Source: a candidate division WWE3 bacterium UBA1379 (GTDB taxonomy: Bacteria > Patescibacteriota > WWE3 > UBA101185 > UBA10185). Taken from it: DNA of 64,000 nt. Below are positions 21,026 through 30,902 of the stretch, in pieces (the stretch's first letter is position 1; every line of letters starts with the position of its first letter). Where the stretch lies: contig DBRB01000015.1 of NCBI GenBank assembly GCA_002305475.1, positions 72,987-136,986 of the forward strand, given 5' to 3'. The translations under genes and the position numbers were made by a program. The notes under the pieces were generated by a model. That model made no database searches. It had not been told where the DNA came from and saw only the letters and a program-made list of their open reading frames with translations.

Positions 21026-22279
21026 ATGGAAAATATAAAAAAACGTAAAATTGCATTTATCAGTGCATTTGCTCGTAAAGGTCACGATAGCACTCAGTTT
21101 TCAGCTATCGGCAGCTATTCAAAAACTCTTTTAAACACATTAAATACACAAGATAGAGAAAATATCGAAGTATTGGCACAAATCGAACCGAATGAAACCG
21201 GCTATGAATATGATGGTTTGTTGGTGTCCAGAGTTTGGAGAAAAGATAACCTGTTATTCTTCCTGGAACTTCTTTTCTACGTCATGAGAAAAGGTTTCAA
21301 GGTTGTTCACATTCAACAGGAGGTTTATTGTTTTGCTCCCAAATACGCTCCCTATATTTCACCCTATTTATTAGTATTATTACAGTTGTTATTAAGACTT
21401 CTCGGTATCAAAGTTATTGTTACTATCCATGGTGTTGTACCTCTGGCCTATATAAACAAAGATTTTACTGAAAATAATAAAGTTGCTACTCCGCTGATAA
21501 TCACAAGACACGGTCTGAAAACACTATATTATGGGTTAGTTTCAACAGCAAATAAAGTCATAGTACACAACGAACTAATTAAGGGATATCTGATAAATGA
21601 CTATGGTGCCAATGTGAATAAAATTATTGTAATTCCCTTGCCTTTGTATACATATCCGGAAAATAAAAAGAATCCCGATATACTACAGAAATTGAAAGAT
21701 CAAAAGAAAAAAATTATTCTTTTTTTCGGTTATCTTGCTCCCTATAAAGGTCTTGATACATTTATTAAAGCATTCCAATCTTTTAATCTTAGTGAGAATA
21801 ATGCAGTTGCACTTATATCAGGAAGTATCCCAAAAAGATTAGTAAATGATCCTAAATATTTAAAATGGCTCGAAGATCTTAAGGAATTATCCAGTAAAAT
21901 ATCAAAGGATATTATCTGGGATCAGAGGTTTATTCCTGATAATGAGATTCAGAGTTATTTTATTAATGCTGATATTGTAGTTGTACCATACTCTGAGGGT
22001 ATTGCATCATCAGGACCGCTCGCTCACTCTGTTAACGCAAATAAACCTACACTGTTATCGGAAGTATTTAGGGATGTAGTGGATGATACTCTGATATTTG
22101 GGAACACATCTGAAGAATTGGGAAGCGCACTATCTAAGTTCTTTTTGGATAATAATTTCAAGGATACGCTATTAAATATGGTTAATCGTCAGAAAGAGTT
22201 ATGGTCTAGTAGAAATATCGGAAAACTGACTCACGGAGTGTATCGGGAACTATTTGTTAATGAAATAAAATATGATTGA
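21026..22279 (+). CDS. GT4 glycosyltransferase
   Basis: FFGYLAPYKG, ADIVVVPY....SSGP. Confidence 0.8.
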   Translation: MENIKKRKIAFISAFARKGHDSTQFSAIGSYSKTLLNTLNTQDRENIEVLAQIEPNETGYEYDGLLVSRVWRKDNLLFFLELLFYVMRKGFKVVHIQQEVYCFAPKYAPYISPYLLVLLQLLLRLLGIKVIVTIHGVVPLAYINKDFTENNKVATPLIITRHGLKTLYYGLVSTANKVIVHNELIKGYLINDYGANVNKIIVIPLPLYTYPENKKNPDILQKLKDQKKKIILFFGYLAPYKGLDTFIKAFQSFNLSENNAVALISGSIPKRLVNDPKYLKWLEDLKELSSKISKDIIWDQRFIPDNEIQSYFINADIVVVPYSEGIASSGPLAHSVNANKPTLLSEVFRDVVDDTLIFGNTSEELGSALSKFFLDNNFKDTLLNMVNRQKELWSSRNIGKLTHGVYRELFVNEIKYD

Positions 22280-23192
22280 AAAATATCTTAATCCTAATTT
22301 AGTAAAAATACGTTTGTATGATCATAATCTCCCGGGATTTAGTATTGGATCTTTAGATAATTGGGACAACATAAAAAAGTCTGAGATATATTTATTGGAT
22401 ATTAACGTTGTCTTGGAAGAAATCACGATTCCCAAGTCTTTTGAATTCCGTAAAGGAAATTACATATACAAGGACTCAGTTTGGTACTATCAAAGAAAGA
22501 TTGGTCCTATTGAAGTAAATTATTCTTATTCCGAGATTTCAAAAGTATTTACATATTATCCGGGCTTTATAGGAAAAATTCCGTTTATTTATAACTCCTT
22601 TTACCCGTTAGGTTATGAAGTTTCCAACATCATCATTTATGAACTGTATAAATTTGGTTACATTGCAATAAGATCCTGTGCTTTTAGATTTAATAAAAAA
22701 AATTTTCTTCTGATTTCCCCGTCGTTTAACGGGAAAAGCATGCTGCTTGATTTTCTGGTAAATAAAGAAAATGCAGAATACATTGCGGAGGATTTGGTTT
22801 TTATTAGTAAAGATTGTCTGGTTGGTGTTCCCTGGGATAGTCATAACTATGGGAGAAATTCTGGAATAAATACAAAATCGAAAAAGGCCTTGGATAAGGT
22901 AGAAGATAAAATAGACTATCTAATATGGTTTAATGTTTCCGACCAAGAATTAGTTCAGAAAACGGATTTATCAATAAAAAATATTTACAGCTATCCTTTA
23001 TTGGAAAGTATTTCTTATTTTGGAAAGTCATTATCATCAGCGATGATGTATTTTCATAATGACTATGATGTTAATAATGTTATAGATATATTTACCGGGT
23101 TTTTATCGGATACTAAAATATTAAATCTTAGAACAAACGGATATAATACTGAAAGTATAATGAGTTTGCTTAGAGAATTATCCAATGAATAA
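22272..23192 (+). CDS. Hypothetical P-loop protein, distant HprK-like kinase
   Basis: LLISPSFNGKS Walker-A-like motif followed by IAED, the spacing seen in HprK-related kinases. Confidence 0.4.
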   Translation: MIEKYLNPNLVKIRLYDHNLPGFSIGSLDNWDNIKKSEIYLLDINVVLEEITIPKSFEFRKGNYIYKDSVWYYQRKIGPIEVNYSYSEISKVFTYYPGFIGKIPFIYNSFYPLGYEVSNIIIYELYKFGYIAIRSCAFRFNKKNFLLISPSFNGKSMLLDFLVNKENAEYIAEDLVFISKDCLVGVPWDSHNYGRNSGINTKSKKALDKVEDKIDYLIWFNVSDQELVQKTDLSIKNIYSYPLLESISYFGKSLSSAMMYFHNDYDVNNVIDIFTGFLSDTKILNLRTNGYNTESIMSLLRELSNE

Positions 23193-23886
23193 TGAAGTTG
23201 CTCAGCACTGGAATAGTTTAGGAGAAAAATATTCAAGCTCCTGGAAAGGAGTGGGCAAGGAATGGATGAATAATCAGGAGAAGGATTTCATTATGAAAGG
23301 TATAGGTTATGCGGGTGATCCGGTAAATAAACAGGTACTAGATGTAGGAAGCGGAACGGGGCGAATACAGGAAATTATAAAAAGCTTTGGGTATTCCGAT
23401 ATTTTAGGGGTGGATATTTCCCAGGAAATGATTTCCTTTCTGAGTAAAAAGTTTTCCGACTCAACAGTATCATTTAAAAGAATTGATTCCATCAGAGAAG
23501 TAAGCGGAAATTATGATCTAATCACAGCAATCAGAGTATTAAAGTACAGCGATACATGGAAGGACGATCTGAAACATCTTATGACACTTCTTAAACCGGG
23601 TGGAATTTTTGTTTTTACCATGCCAAATGAAAATTCCGTTACCAGGTTTGCACCTTATCCTATTAAAAAATACAAAACAAATCTAAAAGAACTATACGGA
23701 ATTATCTCATCTGAAGGATTTGAGATCTTGGAAATATGCACCAAATTCAGACTGCCTGATTTTTTATATGAATTTAAATTTGAAACCATGCAGAAGCTAG
23801 TGATTTTAATTGAGAAAGTAATGAATAAAATATTGCCGGATGTTTTATTAGGTAAGATTTTTTATGTTACCGTGAAAAAACATTAG
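23185..23886 (+). CDS. Class I SAM-dependent methyltransferase
   Basis: VLDVGSGTG, GVDISQEM, LKPGG. Confidence 0.88.
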   Translation: MNNEVAQHWNSLGEKYSSSWKGVGKEWMNNQEKDFIMKGIGYAGDPVNKQVLDVGSGTGRIQEIIKSFGYSDILGVDISQEMISFLSKKFSDSTVSFKRIDSIREVSGNYDLITAIRVLKYSDTWKDDLKHLMTLLKPGGIFVFTMPNENSVTRFAPYPIKKYKTNLKELYGIISSEGFEILEICTKFRLPDFLYEFKFETMQKLVILIEKVMNKILPDVLLGKIFYVTVKKH

Positions 23887-24007
23887 AGGTGATTAGATTG
23901 GCTAACGAAATAGTGATATTTATATGTAGTTTTTGAGTCTTTTCGTGACTTAGTTAATTGAAATTAATGCAATAGTAAGAAATGCAAAATTCTAAAGAAT
24001 ATAAAAA

Positions 24008-25678
24008 ATGATAAAAGATTATTTATTTGGATATATTGAAGATAACGTATTTTTAGTAACAAAAAATGTAGTTTGGATTGACGGTCGTAATATTCGATAT
24101 GGTATGGCCGCAATTTATAGGATGCATCCCATATTTTCAGCCGTTTACTTTTTTCTATTAAAGCATCTACATCCTTTGGTTTTGTATAACTCACTGACAA
24201 TATTGACACTACTATTGGTAAGCTTTTTGTCATTTACGATATTTAGACGTTACTTTGGAAAGTATATATCGCTATTACTTTCCGCAGCTTTTGTTATGTC
24301 TCCATATTTTTACTACCATTCGAGAAATCATTTGGAGTTGATACAGCTATGGATATTTCTCATACCTTTATTAATTTTATTGAAGGCATCAACTAGTATT
24401 CACTATGTAATATTAGGGTGTATTTTGGGTATTGGGACATTAATAAATAGTTATTTAGGTTTTTTTACCATAATTTTTATAGTAATATTCTTGCTTAGTA
24501 AATTTCTTTCTTTAGAAACAAAAAAAAGTTTTATTTTGAATTTTGTAAAATCTCTGTTTTTAGTTTTTATACCCTTTTTATTAGTAGTTACAATATTTGC
24601 TTATCCTGTATTAAAGGCTAATTTCATCAATAGGCTTTCGTTAGTGGATTCCTCAGAAATTGATTCCACTTTGATAGTGGAAAGAAATTTAGAAAACTTT
24701 TTTTACTTTACAACACGACCTTGGTACTATGTTCTTCCTTCTGTTGATAACCCATTTTTTGGAGGAGTTACACAAAAAGTATTGGATTGGATGGAACATG
24801 ATTGGGGATATTTTCTTACACTTAACTATTTCAAAAGTGAGCATTCTGTTTCATTCATGGGTTGGGCGGGTATCTTATTATCCTTATTAGGCATAGGGTA
24901 CATAAAAAAGCATCCAGATTTAAAAAATCGTAAAGAAATAATCATGTTATGTATTCCAGCATTATTTTTTGTATTAATTTCGTTACCTCCATATTTTACT
25001 GTTTCTGGTTTGAAGATTTATACGCCAAGCTATTTAATGTGGTTGCTTTTTCCTATGTTTAGAGTGTTATCCAGAACAGGCATTTTTATATTATTTTCTT
25101 TATTGATCCTTAGAGGTTTTGGCTTTATCGCCATTATTGAGTTTTTGAAAGAAAAATTTGTATCTGTAAAGAATAAAAACATGGGTAATGTAGTTGTCAT
25201 AGTTGTACTAGTGTTGTTAACACTATTTAACTTAGCTGAATTCTATATTCCATTTAGATTTACAGATTTACATACTACTCCCAAAGTATATACATATATC
25301 AAAGAACATCTTCCTAAGGATTCAATTATTGCACTCTATCCATATTCAAAAACAAGTGATGCTGTATATTGGTTTCAATATTTAGATCCAATTTTAATTA
25401 ATCCACTCTATAAAAAGAGAGGTGATTTTAACTCGGCAATATTTACTAAAGAGTTGCCAACTTCGGCTGGAATACAAAAAGCAAAAGAGTATGGCGTGGA
25501 TTATGTTGTCTATTATTATAACGAGGACGCAAATGAAATAGATTTTTTCAATAATAGCCCTTTGTTAACTTTGATTTCTGATATTAATGAAGAAGCTAAT
25601 ACAAACAAAAAGACTTTGTTTTATTCAATAGAAGGCGTTGATGAGACAGATAGCGCATTCATATACAGAATAAATTAA
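24008..25678 (+). CDS. Polytopic membrane protein, probable GT-C/YfhO-like; N-terminus possibly eroded
   Basis: Many TMs, SPYF, FPMFRVLSR motif, C-terminal soluble domain. Confidence 0.55.
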   Translation: MIKDYLFGYIEDNVFLVTKNVVWIDGRNIRYGMAAIYRMHPIFSAVYFFLLKHLHPLVLYNSLTILTLLLVSFLSFTIFRRYFGKYISLLLSAAFVMSPYFYYHSRNHLELIQLWIFLIPLLILLKASTSIHYVILGCILGIGTLINSYLGFFTIIFIVIFLLSKFLSLETKKSFILNFVKSLFLVFIPFLLVVTIFAYPVLKANFINRLSLVDSSEIDSTLIVERNLENFFYFTTRPWYYVLPSVDNPFFGGVTQKVLDWMEHDWGYFLTLNYFKSEHSVSFMGWAGILLSLLGIGYIKKHPDLKNRKEIIMLCIPALFFVLISLPPYFTVSGLKIYTPSYLMWLLFPMFRVLSRTGIFILFSLLILRGFGFIAIIEFLKEKFVSVKNKNMGNVVVIVVLVLLTLFNLAEFYIPFRFTDLHTTPKVYTYIKEHLPKDSIIALYPYSKTSDAVYWFQYLDPILINPLYKKRGDFNSAIFTKELPTSAGIQKAKEYGVDYVVYYYNEDANEIDFFNNSPLLTLISDINEEANTNKKTLFYSIEGVDETDSAFIYRIN

Positions 25679-25766
25679 CACAATTATACCTATTTCTCTC
25701 TGATCTATTCCTTATTATTAGGACTTTGTAGTACTATTAGCAGTTTTGGTAAGGTAAAATAACACT

Positions 25767-27209
25767 ATGAAATGGTTTGTGAAAATAGTCTTATTATCCT
25801 TGATGGTATTTTTCTTATCTTGGTTTGTGGTTTTTAAATTGGGGATTAACAAATTAAACTTACAGTCGGAGGACACTATTCCTGCTCTTTTTCTTCCTGT
25901 CACTGTTTTAAAAGAAGGAACTTTCTATATTGATTCATACTATGAAATGATTCGTGAAAAATACCCACATCCCGATGATCCGACAGGAGAACTTAAAATG
26001 ACTCCTTTTTATTTAAGAAGAGTAGTTTTTACTCAGTATAAAGATGATGAATTCGGAAATACTTATTTGGATGTGCAACCTCACTATATATCCGCATTTC
26101 CGGTTATCAGTGGTCTATTGGCTATTCCTGTCTATATTATTCCGATGTTAATTGATATGCCTATCACCTGGGAAAATCTCACTCTTCTAGGACATATTGC
26201 AGGGGCATTAATTATTGCTTTTTCAGGTGGATTTTTCTTTCTGCTTTTGAAAAAGCACTTTGATCTTGATGAAAGAAAATCACTTATTCTGACTATTGTT
26301 TATCTGTTTGGGACTATTAACTATGCTCTTATATCCCAGGCACTCTGGCAGCATGGAAGTATGCAGCTGTTTCTTATTCTTGGTCTGTATTTTCTATTTA
26401 ATGCAATAAATGAAAAAACGTCTGATACTTTATCTCAGTATTTCTGGGCAGGATTGATGTTTGGAATTTCCATTTTATCCCGTCCGACATCCGCGCTATC
26501 CTGGATATTTATATATGTCATTATCTACTTTGCCAATCAGCATTCTGTAAAAAATCTTATTAACAGATCTCTTTTTTACACCATGGGTTTGATTCCGGTC
26601 GCTGCATTCTTTATGTGGTATAACCAGACCTATTATTTATCCATTAATAATCAGGGTTATTCTGATCAGTTAGGAGACAGCTGGCTTGGTAGATTTCCCG
26701 AAGGTTTTTTGGGTGTCTGGTTTTCTCCCAGCAAAGGGATACTTATATATTCTCCGGTAATCGTATTTTCTCTGATCGGTCTGTACTTATTAATTAAAAA
26801 CAAACACTGGCAAAAATCTATCCACTTTATTGTTTTTGCTTTAATTGTTTTGATTCATACATTAGTGATAGGAAAGTGGAAGCATTGGTACGGTGGGTGG
26901 TCATTCGGATATCGGATGAGTGCGGATATTATTCCGTATTTAGTTCTTCTGATGATTCCGTATATCCGGTCTGATTTGTTTGAAAAAACAAAAAAGATAT
27001 TCTTTGGCTTATTGGTTTTTTCCATTCTGGTTCAGATATTCGGTATTATCTTTTTTGACGGTATCTGGCATGCAGCATATGATGGTGGATATGAGGATAC
27101 CGGATGGCTATGGTCTATCAAAAATAGTGAATTCCTCTTTAATATCAGAAGAATTTTAGTTAAACTAGGGTTAATGGAGCAAGCCTGTCCACGATGTCTT
27201 CCCGGATAA
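25767..27209 (+). CDS. Polytopic membrane protein, probable GT-C glycosyltransferase
   Basis: SEDT acidic loop, LWQH, SRP, SPSKG, WYGGWSFGYR motifs. Confidence 0.65.
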   Translation: MKWFVKIVLLSLMVFFLSWFVVFKLGINKLNLQSEDTIPALFLPVTVLKEGTFYIDSYYEMIREKYPHPDDPTGELKMTPFYLRRVVFTQYKDDEFGNTYLDVQPHYISAFPVISGLLAIPVYIIPMLIDMPITWENLTLLGHIAGALIIAFSGGFFFLLLKKHFDLDERKSLILTIVYLFGTINYALISQALWQHGSMQLFLILGLYFLFNAINEKTSDTLSQYFWAGLMFGISILSRPTSALSWIFIYVIIYFANQHSVKNLINRSLFYTMGLIPVAAFFMWYNQTYYLSINNQGYSDQLGDSWLGRFPEGFLGVWFSPSKGILIYSPVIVFSLIGLYLLIKNKHWQKSIHFIVFALIVLIHTLVIGKWKHWYGGWSFGYRMSADIIPYLVLLMIPYIRSDLFEKTKKIFFGLLVFSILVQIFGIIFFDGIWHAAYDGGYEDTGWLWSIKNSEFLFNIRRILVKLGLMEQACPRCLPG

Positions 27210-27212
27210 TAT

Positions 27213-28451
27213 ATGCAAAATCCTAATCAAAGATACAATATCATTTGTTTATCTAATCAGTTATGGGATTTTCCCAACTGGACCAATAAACGTCATGTGA
27301 TGACCAGACTAGCAAAAGCCGGCCATCACGTCCTGTTTGTTGATCCTCCTCTAAATACTGGTAATGTCTTTTTCCGACAGATAAAAAGAGGATTGTGGAA
27401 TATTCGAAGAATTCTGACTCAGACCCATCGGGATACTATAGGAGCATTAATTTATACACCCCTTAATGTCATTCCTTTTAGTGAAATCACATCTTCCTGG
27501 CATATTAAAAGAATTAATAAGCTGGGAAATAAAGAATTTGATAAAGGTTTAAAAACCATATTGTGGATTTATCATGTTCAGATCCCTTATCTTATTGAAT
27601 ACATCAGTAAGCTGGAATACGATATTCTTGTTTATGATTGCGTGGACAACTATGAGGGTTTCCCTTCCAGTAGTTCATTCTATTCAGCAACCGTTCCTAA
27701 AGAAAAAGTGATGGAACAGGAGAAGATGCTGTCAGAGAGAGCGGATATTGTGTTTGCTACGGCTCCGGGTTTGGTAGATAAGCTGAAAAATTACACAGAT
27801 AAGGTGTTTTTTACTCCCAATGTCGGAGACTATGAAAAATTCAAAGTAGTAAGAAGTGATTCCAGGGAGATAAAAGTTGAAGTGCCCGTAGAATTAGAAA
27901 ATATCAAACGACCGAGAGTCGGATTTACCGGAGCTTTGGATGAATATAAATTCGATTTGGAACTTTTCAAAAAATCTGCGATGGCACATCCCGATTACAG
28001 CTTCATTCTGATTGGTCAGATTGCCCTAAAGGATAAATCTACTGATCTTTCGGACCTTGGTTTGTCTGACCTACCCAACGTTTATTTTCTGGGTTATAAA
28101 CCCTATGAGACATTGGAAGGATATTATGAGGGGTTTGATGCGTTTATCATTCCTTATCAATTGAATGACTATACAGTAGGCGGTTGCTTTCCTGTAAAGT
28201 TTCATGATGCTCTAGCAGCTGGTCTACCTACGGTAGTTACCGATTTGCCGGCATACCGTCCTTTTGATAATATCTGTTATATTTCCAAAACTGATGACGA
28301 TTTTATTGCTAATATCACGAAATCTTTGGATGAAGACAATGGTGAGCGAACCAGATCCAGAAAGGAGGTTGCCAAACAGAATTCCTGGGAGGGTAAGGTT
28401 GAAACAATGCTGTCTTTATTGAGCAGCCAAGTATTATACAAAGATCAATAG
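27213..28451 (+). CDS. GT4-like glycosyltransferase (TuaH-like)
   Basis: YDCVD, PNVGD, PVKF...LAAGLP.V. Confidence 0.8.
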   Translation: MQNPNQRYNIICLSNQLWDFPNWTNKRHVMTRLAKAGHHVLFVDPPLNTGNVFFRQIKRGLWNIRRILTQTHRDTIGALIYTPLNVIPFSEITSSWHIKRINKLGNKEFDKGLKTILWIYHVQIPYLIEYISKLEYDILVYDCVDNYEGFPSSSSFYSATVPKEKVMEQEKMLSERADIVFATAPGLVDKLKNYTDKVFFTPNVGDYEKFKVVRSDSREIKVEVPVELENIKRPRVGFTGALDEYKFDLELFKKSAMAHPDYSFILIGQIALKDKSTDLSDLGLSDLPNVYFLGYKPYETLEGYYEGFDAFIIPYQLNDYTVGGCFPVKFHDALAAGLPTVVTDLPAYRPFDNICYISKTDDDFIANITKSLDEDNGERTRSRKEVAKQNSWEGKVETMLSLLSSQVLYKDQ

Positions 28452-28487
28452 TATTTGCCTGATGGGACTGAAATAGGAGAGGATAAG

Positions 28488-28790
28488 ATGACTTCTTCAA
28501 TATTTGCAACATGTGAAGGGTGCAGTTTGCATATTGAAATGATACCGTTCATCGCTTTTTGTGGTGAGTCTGTCAGAGTCGACCTTGTAAGAGATTTGTA
28601 TGTAGACGGATGGCCTACCACTGCGTCTCGAAGAAGTAGTTTTAGGGTTAATGTCGAAGACAATGAATTAAGGGCAAAGATAGCAGAATGGTTGAAGAGT
28701 GAAGTAATGCAATCACTTTCTCTTAAAGAAGAATGTTTAGAAGGTATTGTAAATAAAATTGTTGAAATGATTCGGAAGCCTCCTGGATAG
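28488..28790 (+). CDS. Small orphan protein with CxxC
   Basis: SD AGGAGAGG 5 nt before ATG 28488; CEGC motif. Confidence 0.5.
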   Translation: MTSSIFATCEGCSLHIEMIPFIAFCGESVRVDLVRDLYVDGWPTTASRRSSFRVNVEDNELRAKIAEWLKSEVMQSLSLKEECLEGIVNKIVEMIRKPPG

Positions 28791-28954
28791 AAAAAAGCGC
28801 AACAAAAGCGATAATTTTTCTTTATTTGTGCCGTTGATGCTTCGAAGTTCTCGAGCAAAAACGGCATATCATATTTTAAATACCAGCAAATGAATACTTT
28901 ATTGAAAATATGAAATTCGTGCAGATATTGTTCCTTCAAGCTATAATTTCCTAA

Positions 28955-30103
28955 ATGAAGATACTCTATATTCTAAATTCAGGTAATCCGGGTGGTATGG
29001 AACAGCATGTATTGGATTTGGTTCGGTATATGACTGATCATGGTCATAAAGTATATGTGTGGTGTAGGGAAGGTGTAGTGGCAGACTGGTATCGTCAGGC
29101 ACAAGCACAGGTAACAACCATATCCATAAATATTGAAATTGATCCTGTATATATTTATAAGCTGGTAAAGTTTCTCAGACAGGAAAAGATTGAAATTATC
29201 CATGCTCATGAATTAAAACCGGTAGTAAATAGTGTGATAGCAGGATTTATTTCCAGAGTTAAAGTTCGAATAACTCATACACATACTCCGATATCAACTT
29301 GGAAAATCGGTTCAGCAGCAAAGGTGATAAATACATTAGTGAACACATGGGTGGTAAACATTTTAGCAACAAAAGAGATTGCTCTTACAGAATCACGGAA
29401 GGAAATAAAGAAAAACGAGGGGATTAGAGAGGAAAAACTGGAAATAATTCCCAACGGGTTGGATACCCAAAACTTTGATATCTCTCCACAGCTGAAACAA
29501 TCCTACTCTTTTGAAATTAGAAATAAGCACCAGATTCCTAAGGATGCATTTATCTTTGGTCTGGTAAGCAGACTAACAGAAGAAAAAGGTCATGAAGTAT
29601 TGATTAAAGCATTTAAGAAATTACTGGAATATTCCTTATTAAATAAGGAGAATATTTATTTGATGTTGGTAGGGGGTGGAAGACTGGAAGAAAAATTGAA
29701 AGAATTAGCATCAGAATGTGGGTTATCAGAAAGAGTGATATTTACGGGAGTATTTAGGGAGGAAGACAAAGTTAAATATTATTCTGCCATTGATATTTTT
29801 GTCTTTCCCTCATTAACGGAAGGTTTCGGTTTGGTGCTGATAGAAGCTATGTATTCAAAACTACCGATCGTCTGTTCAAATCTGGAAGTGCTTCAGGAAG
29901 TGGGAGGTTCAACTGTGATGTATTTTGAGGTTGGCAATTCAGATGATTTAGCGGAAAAAATGATGAATCTTTATCAGAAAAAAGACCGACTGACAGAGCT
30001 GACTGAAAGTGCAAGAGCAAGGGTAGAACAACTGTATACTTATGAAAAATTCGGGGATAACTACGAAAATCTGTATTTTAATCTCTTAAACCCTCATGCA
30101 TAA
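28955..30103 (+). CDS. GT4 glycosyltransferase
   Basis: GGME, RLTEEKG, PSLTEGFGLVLIEAM. Confidence 0.92.
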   Translation: MKILYILNSGNPGGMEQHVLDLVRYMTDHGHKVYVWCREGVVADWYRQAQAQVTTISINIEIDPVYIYKLVKFLRQEKIEIIHAHELKPVVNSVIAGFISRVKVRITHTHTPISTWKIGSAAKVINTLVNTWVVNILATKEIALTESRKEIKKNEGIREEKLEIIPNGLDTQNFDISPQLKQSYSFEIRNKHQIPKDAFIFGLVSRLTEEKGHEVLIKAFKKLLEYSLLNKENIYLMLVGGGRLEEKLKELASECGLSERVIFTGVFREEDKVKYYSAIDIFVFPSLTEGFGLVLIEAMYSKLPIVCSNLEVLQEVGGSTVMYFEVGNSDDLAEKMMNLYQKKDRLTELTESARARVEQLYTYEKFGDNYENLYFNLLNPHA

Positions 30104-30145
30104 AAAAAGCTTTTGTCTTTAGCTTAACACCAGGACAAAAGCTTT
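30101..30145 (-). terminator. Intrinsic terminator (possibly bidirectional)
   Basis: AAAGCTTTTGTC ... GACAAAAGCTTT inverted repeat with A-run on the left. Confidence 0.7.
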
Positions 30146-30160
30146 AGGTTAATTTATCTA

Positions 30161-30505
30161 TTATCTGCAAATCTGATCCCGTAAAGTGTTAATATTTTTA
30201 TTTAGGAAGCAGTAATTTTTGGAATAAACATCTTTTCCTTTTTTACTACCACTATCGTATACTCCAATGATATGAGCCACTTTTTTAAAGACCTTCTTTG
30301 CCAGTTCTTTTGAATTATTATCATATGGGCTACTCTTTTTAAATATTGCAAACATTAACTCTTCCAACTCCATAAAAAAATTACGGTCAAAATTATCTGG
30401 AAGAGGAAGGAGTAGTTGTCTGAGAATCTTTTTTGTTTTGTTCTGATCGTTTAATCTTAACGGTGTATAAAGTACTTTACCAGTAGGTGTGAATTTACCA
30501 GACAT
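30161..30505 (-). CDS. Small basic orphan protein
   Basis: SD AGGAG, own TTGCTT-17-TATTAT promoter, downstream terminator. Confidence 0.6.
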   Translation of the reverse strand: MSGKFTPTGKVLYTPLRLNDQNKTKKILRQLLLPLPDNFDRNFFMELEELMFAIFKKSSPYDNNSKELAKKVFKKVAHIIGVYDSGSKKGKDVYSKNYCFLNKNINTLRDQICR

Positions 30506-30639
30506 GTCTTTCTCCTATATATTTTGGCACTAAGATAATAATTAGGTGACCAGATAATACAACCTTGATGTAACAAAAGCAAATGAAAGTGCTATGCCTG
30601 TCCTGACGGAATAAAAAAGCTTTGGGTTAAAGTGGATTC

Positions 30640-30822
30640 CTATTTGCAAAGAAGCCCTTTCAGAGCATTAAGATGCCAGGATATTCTCCGATAGCTGGTT
30701 CGAAAGGAACTTTCAGCATTTCTATATTCTTCATCATTCCCATTAACTGCTTCTTGCAACGCATGAAGAATTGGTCCTAATTCGTTATTTAATGCACCAG
30801 CTAGCGCCGCCTCTTTTGCCAT
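30640..30822 (-). CDS. Small helical orphan protein
   Basis: SD AAGGAG, own TTGCCT-17-TAGTAT promoter. Confidence 0.6.
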   Translation of the reverse strand: MAKEAALAGALNNELGPILHALQEAVNGNDEEYRNAESSFRTSYRRISWHLNALKGLLCK

Positions 30823-30902
30823 GGTTTTCTCCTTTCTTTATCACTATCTCTATTGTTATTTATAAGTGACCAAATACTACATTCACGTTATAATAAAGGC
30901 AA

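Noticed and set aside
28791-28915. Integron attC site
   Set aside because: Ends do not fit RYYYAAC/GTTRRRY, no second copy seen, no integrase in the window
28445-28939. 164-aa minus-strand ORF
   Set aside because: Antisense shadow of the SD-led plus-strand orphan; no recognisable motifs
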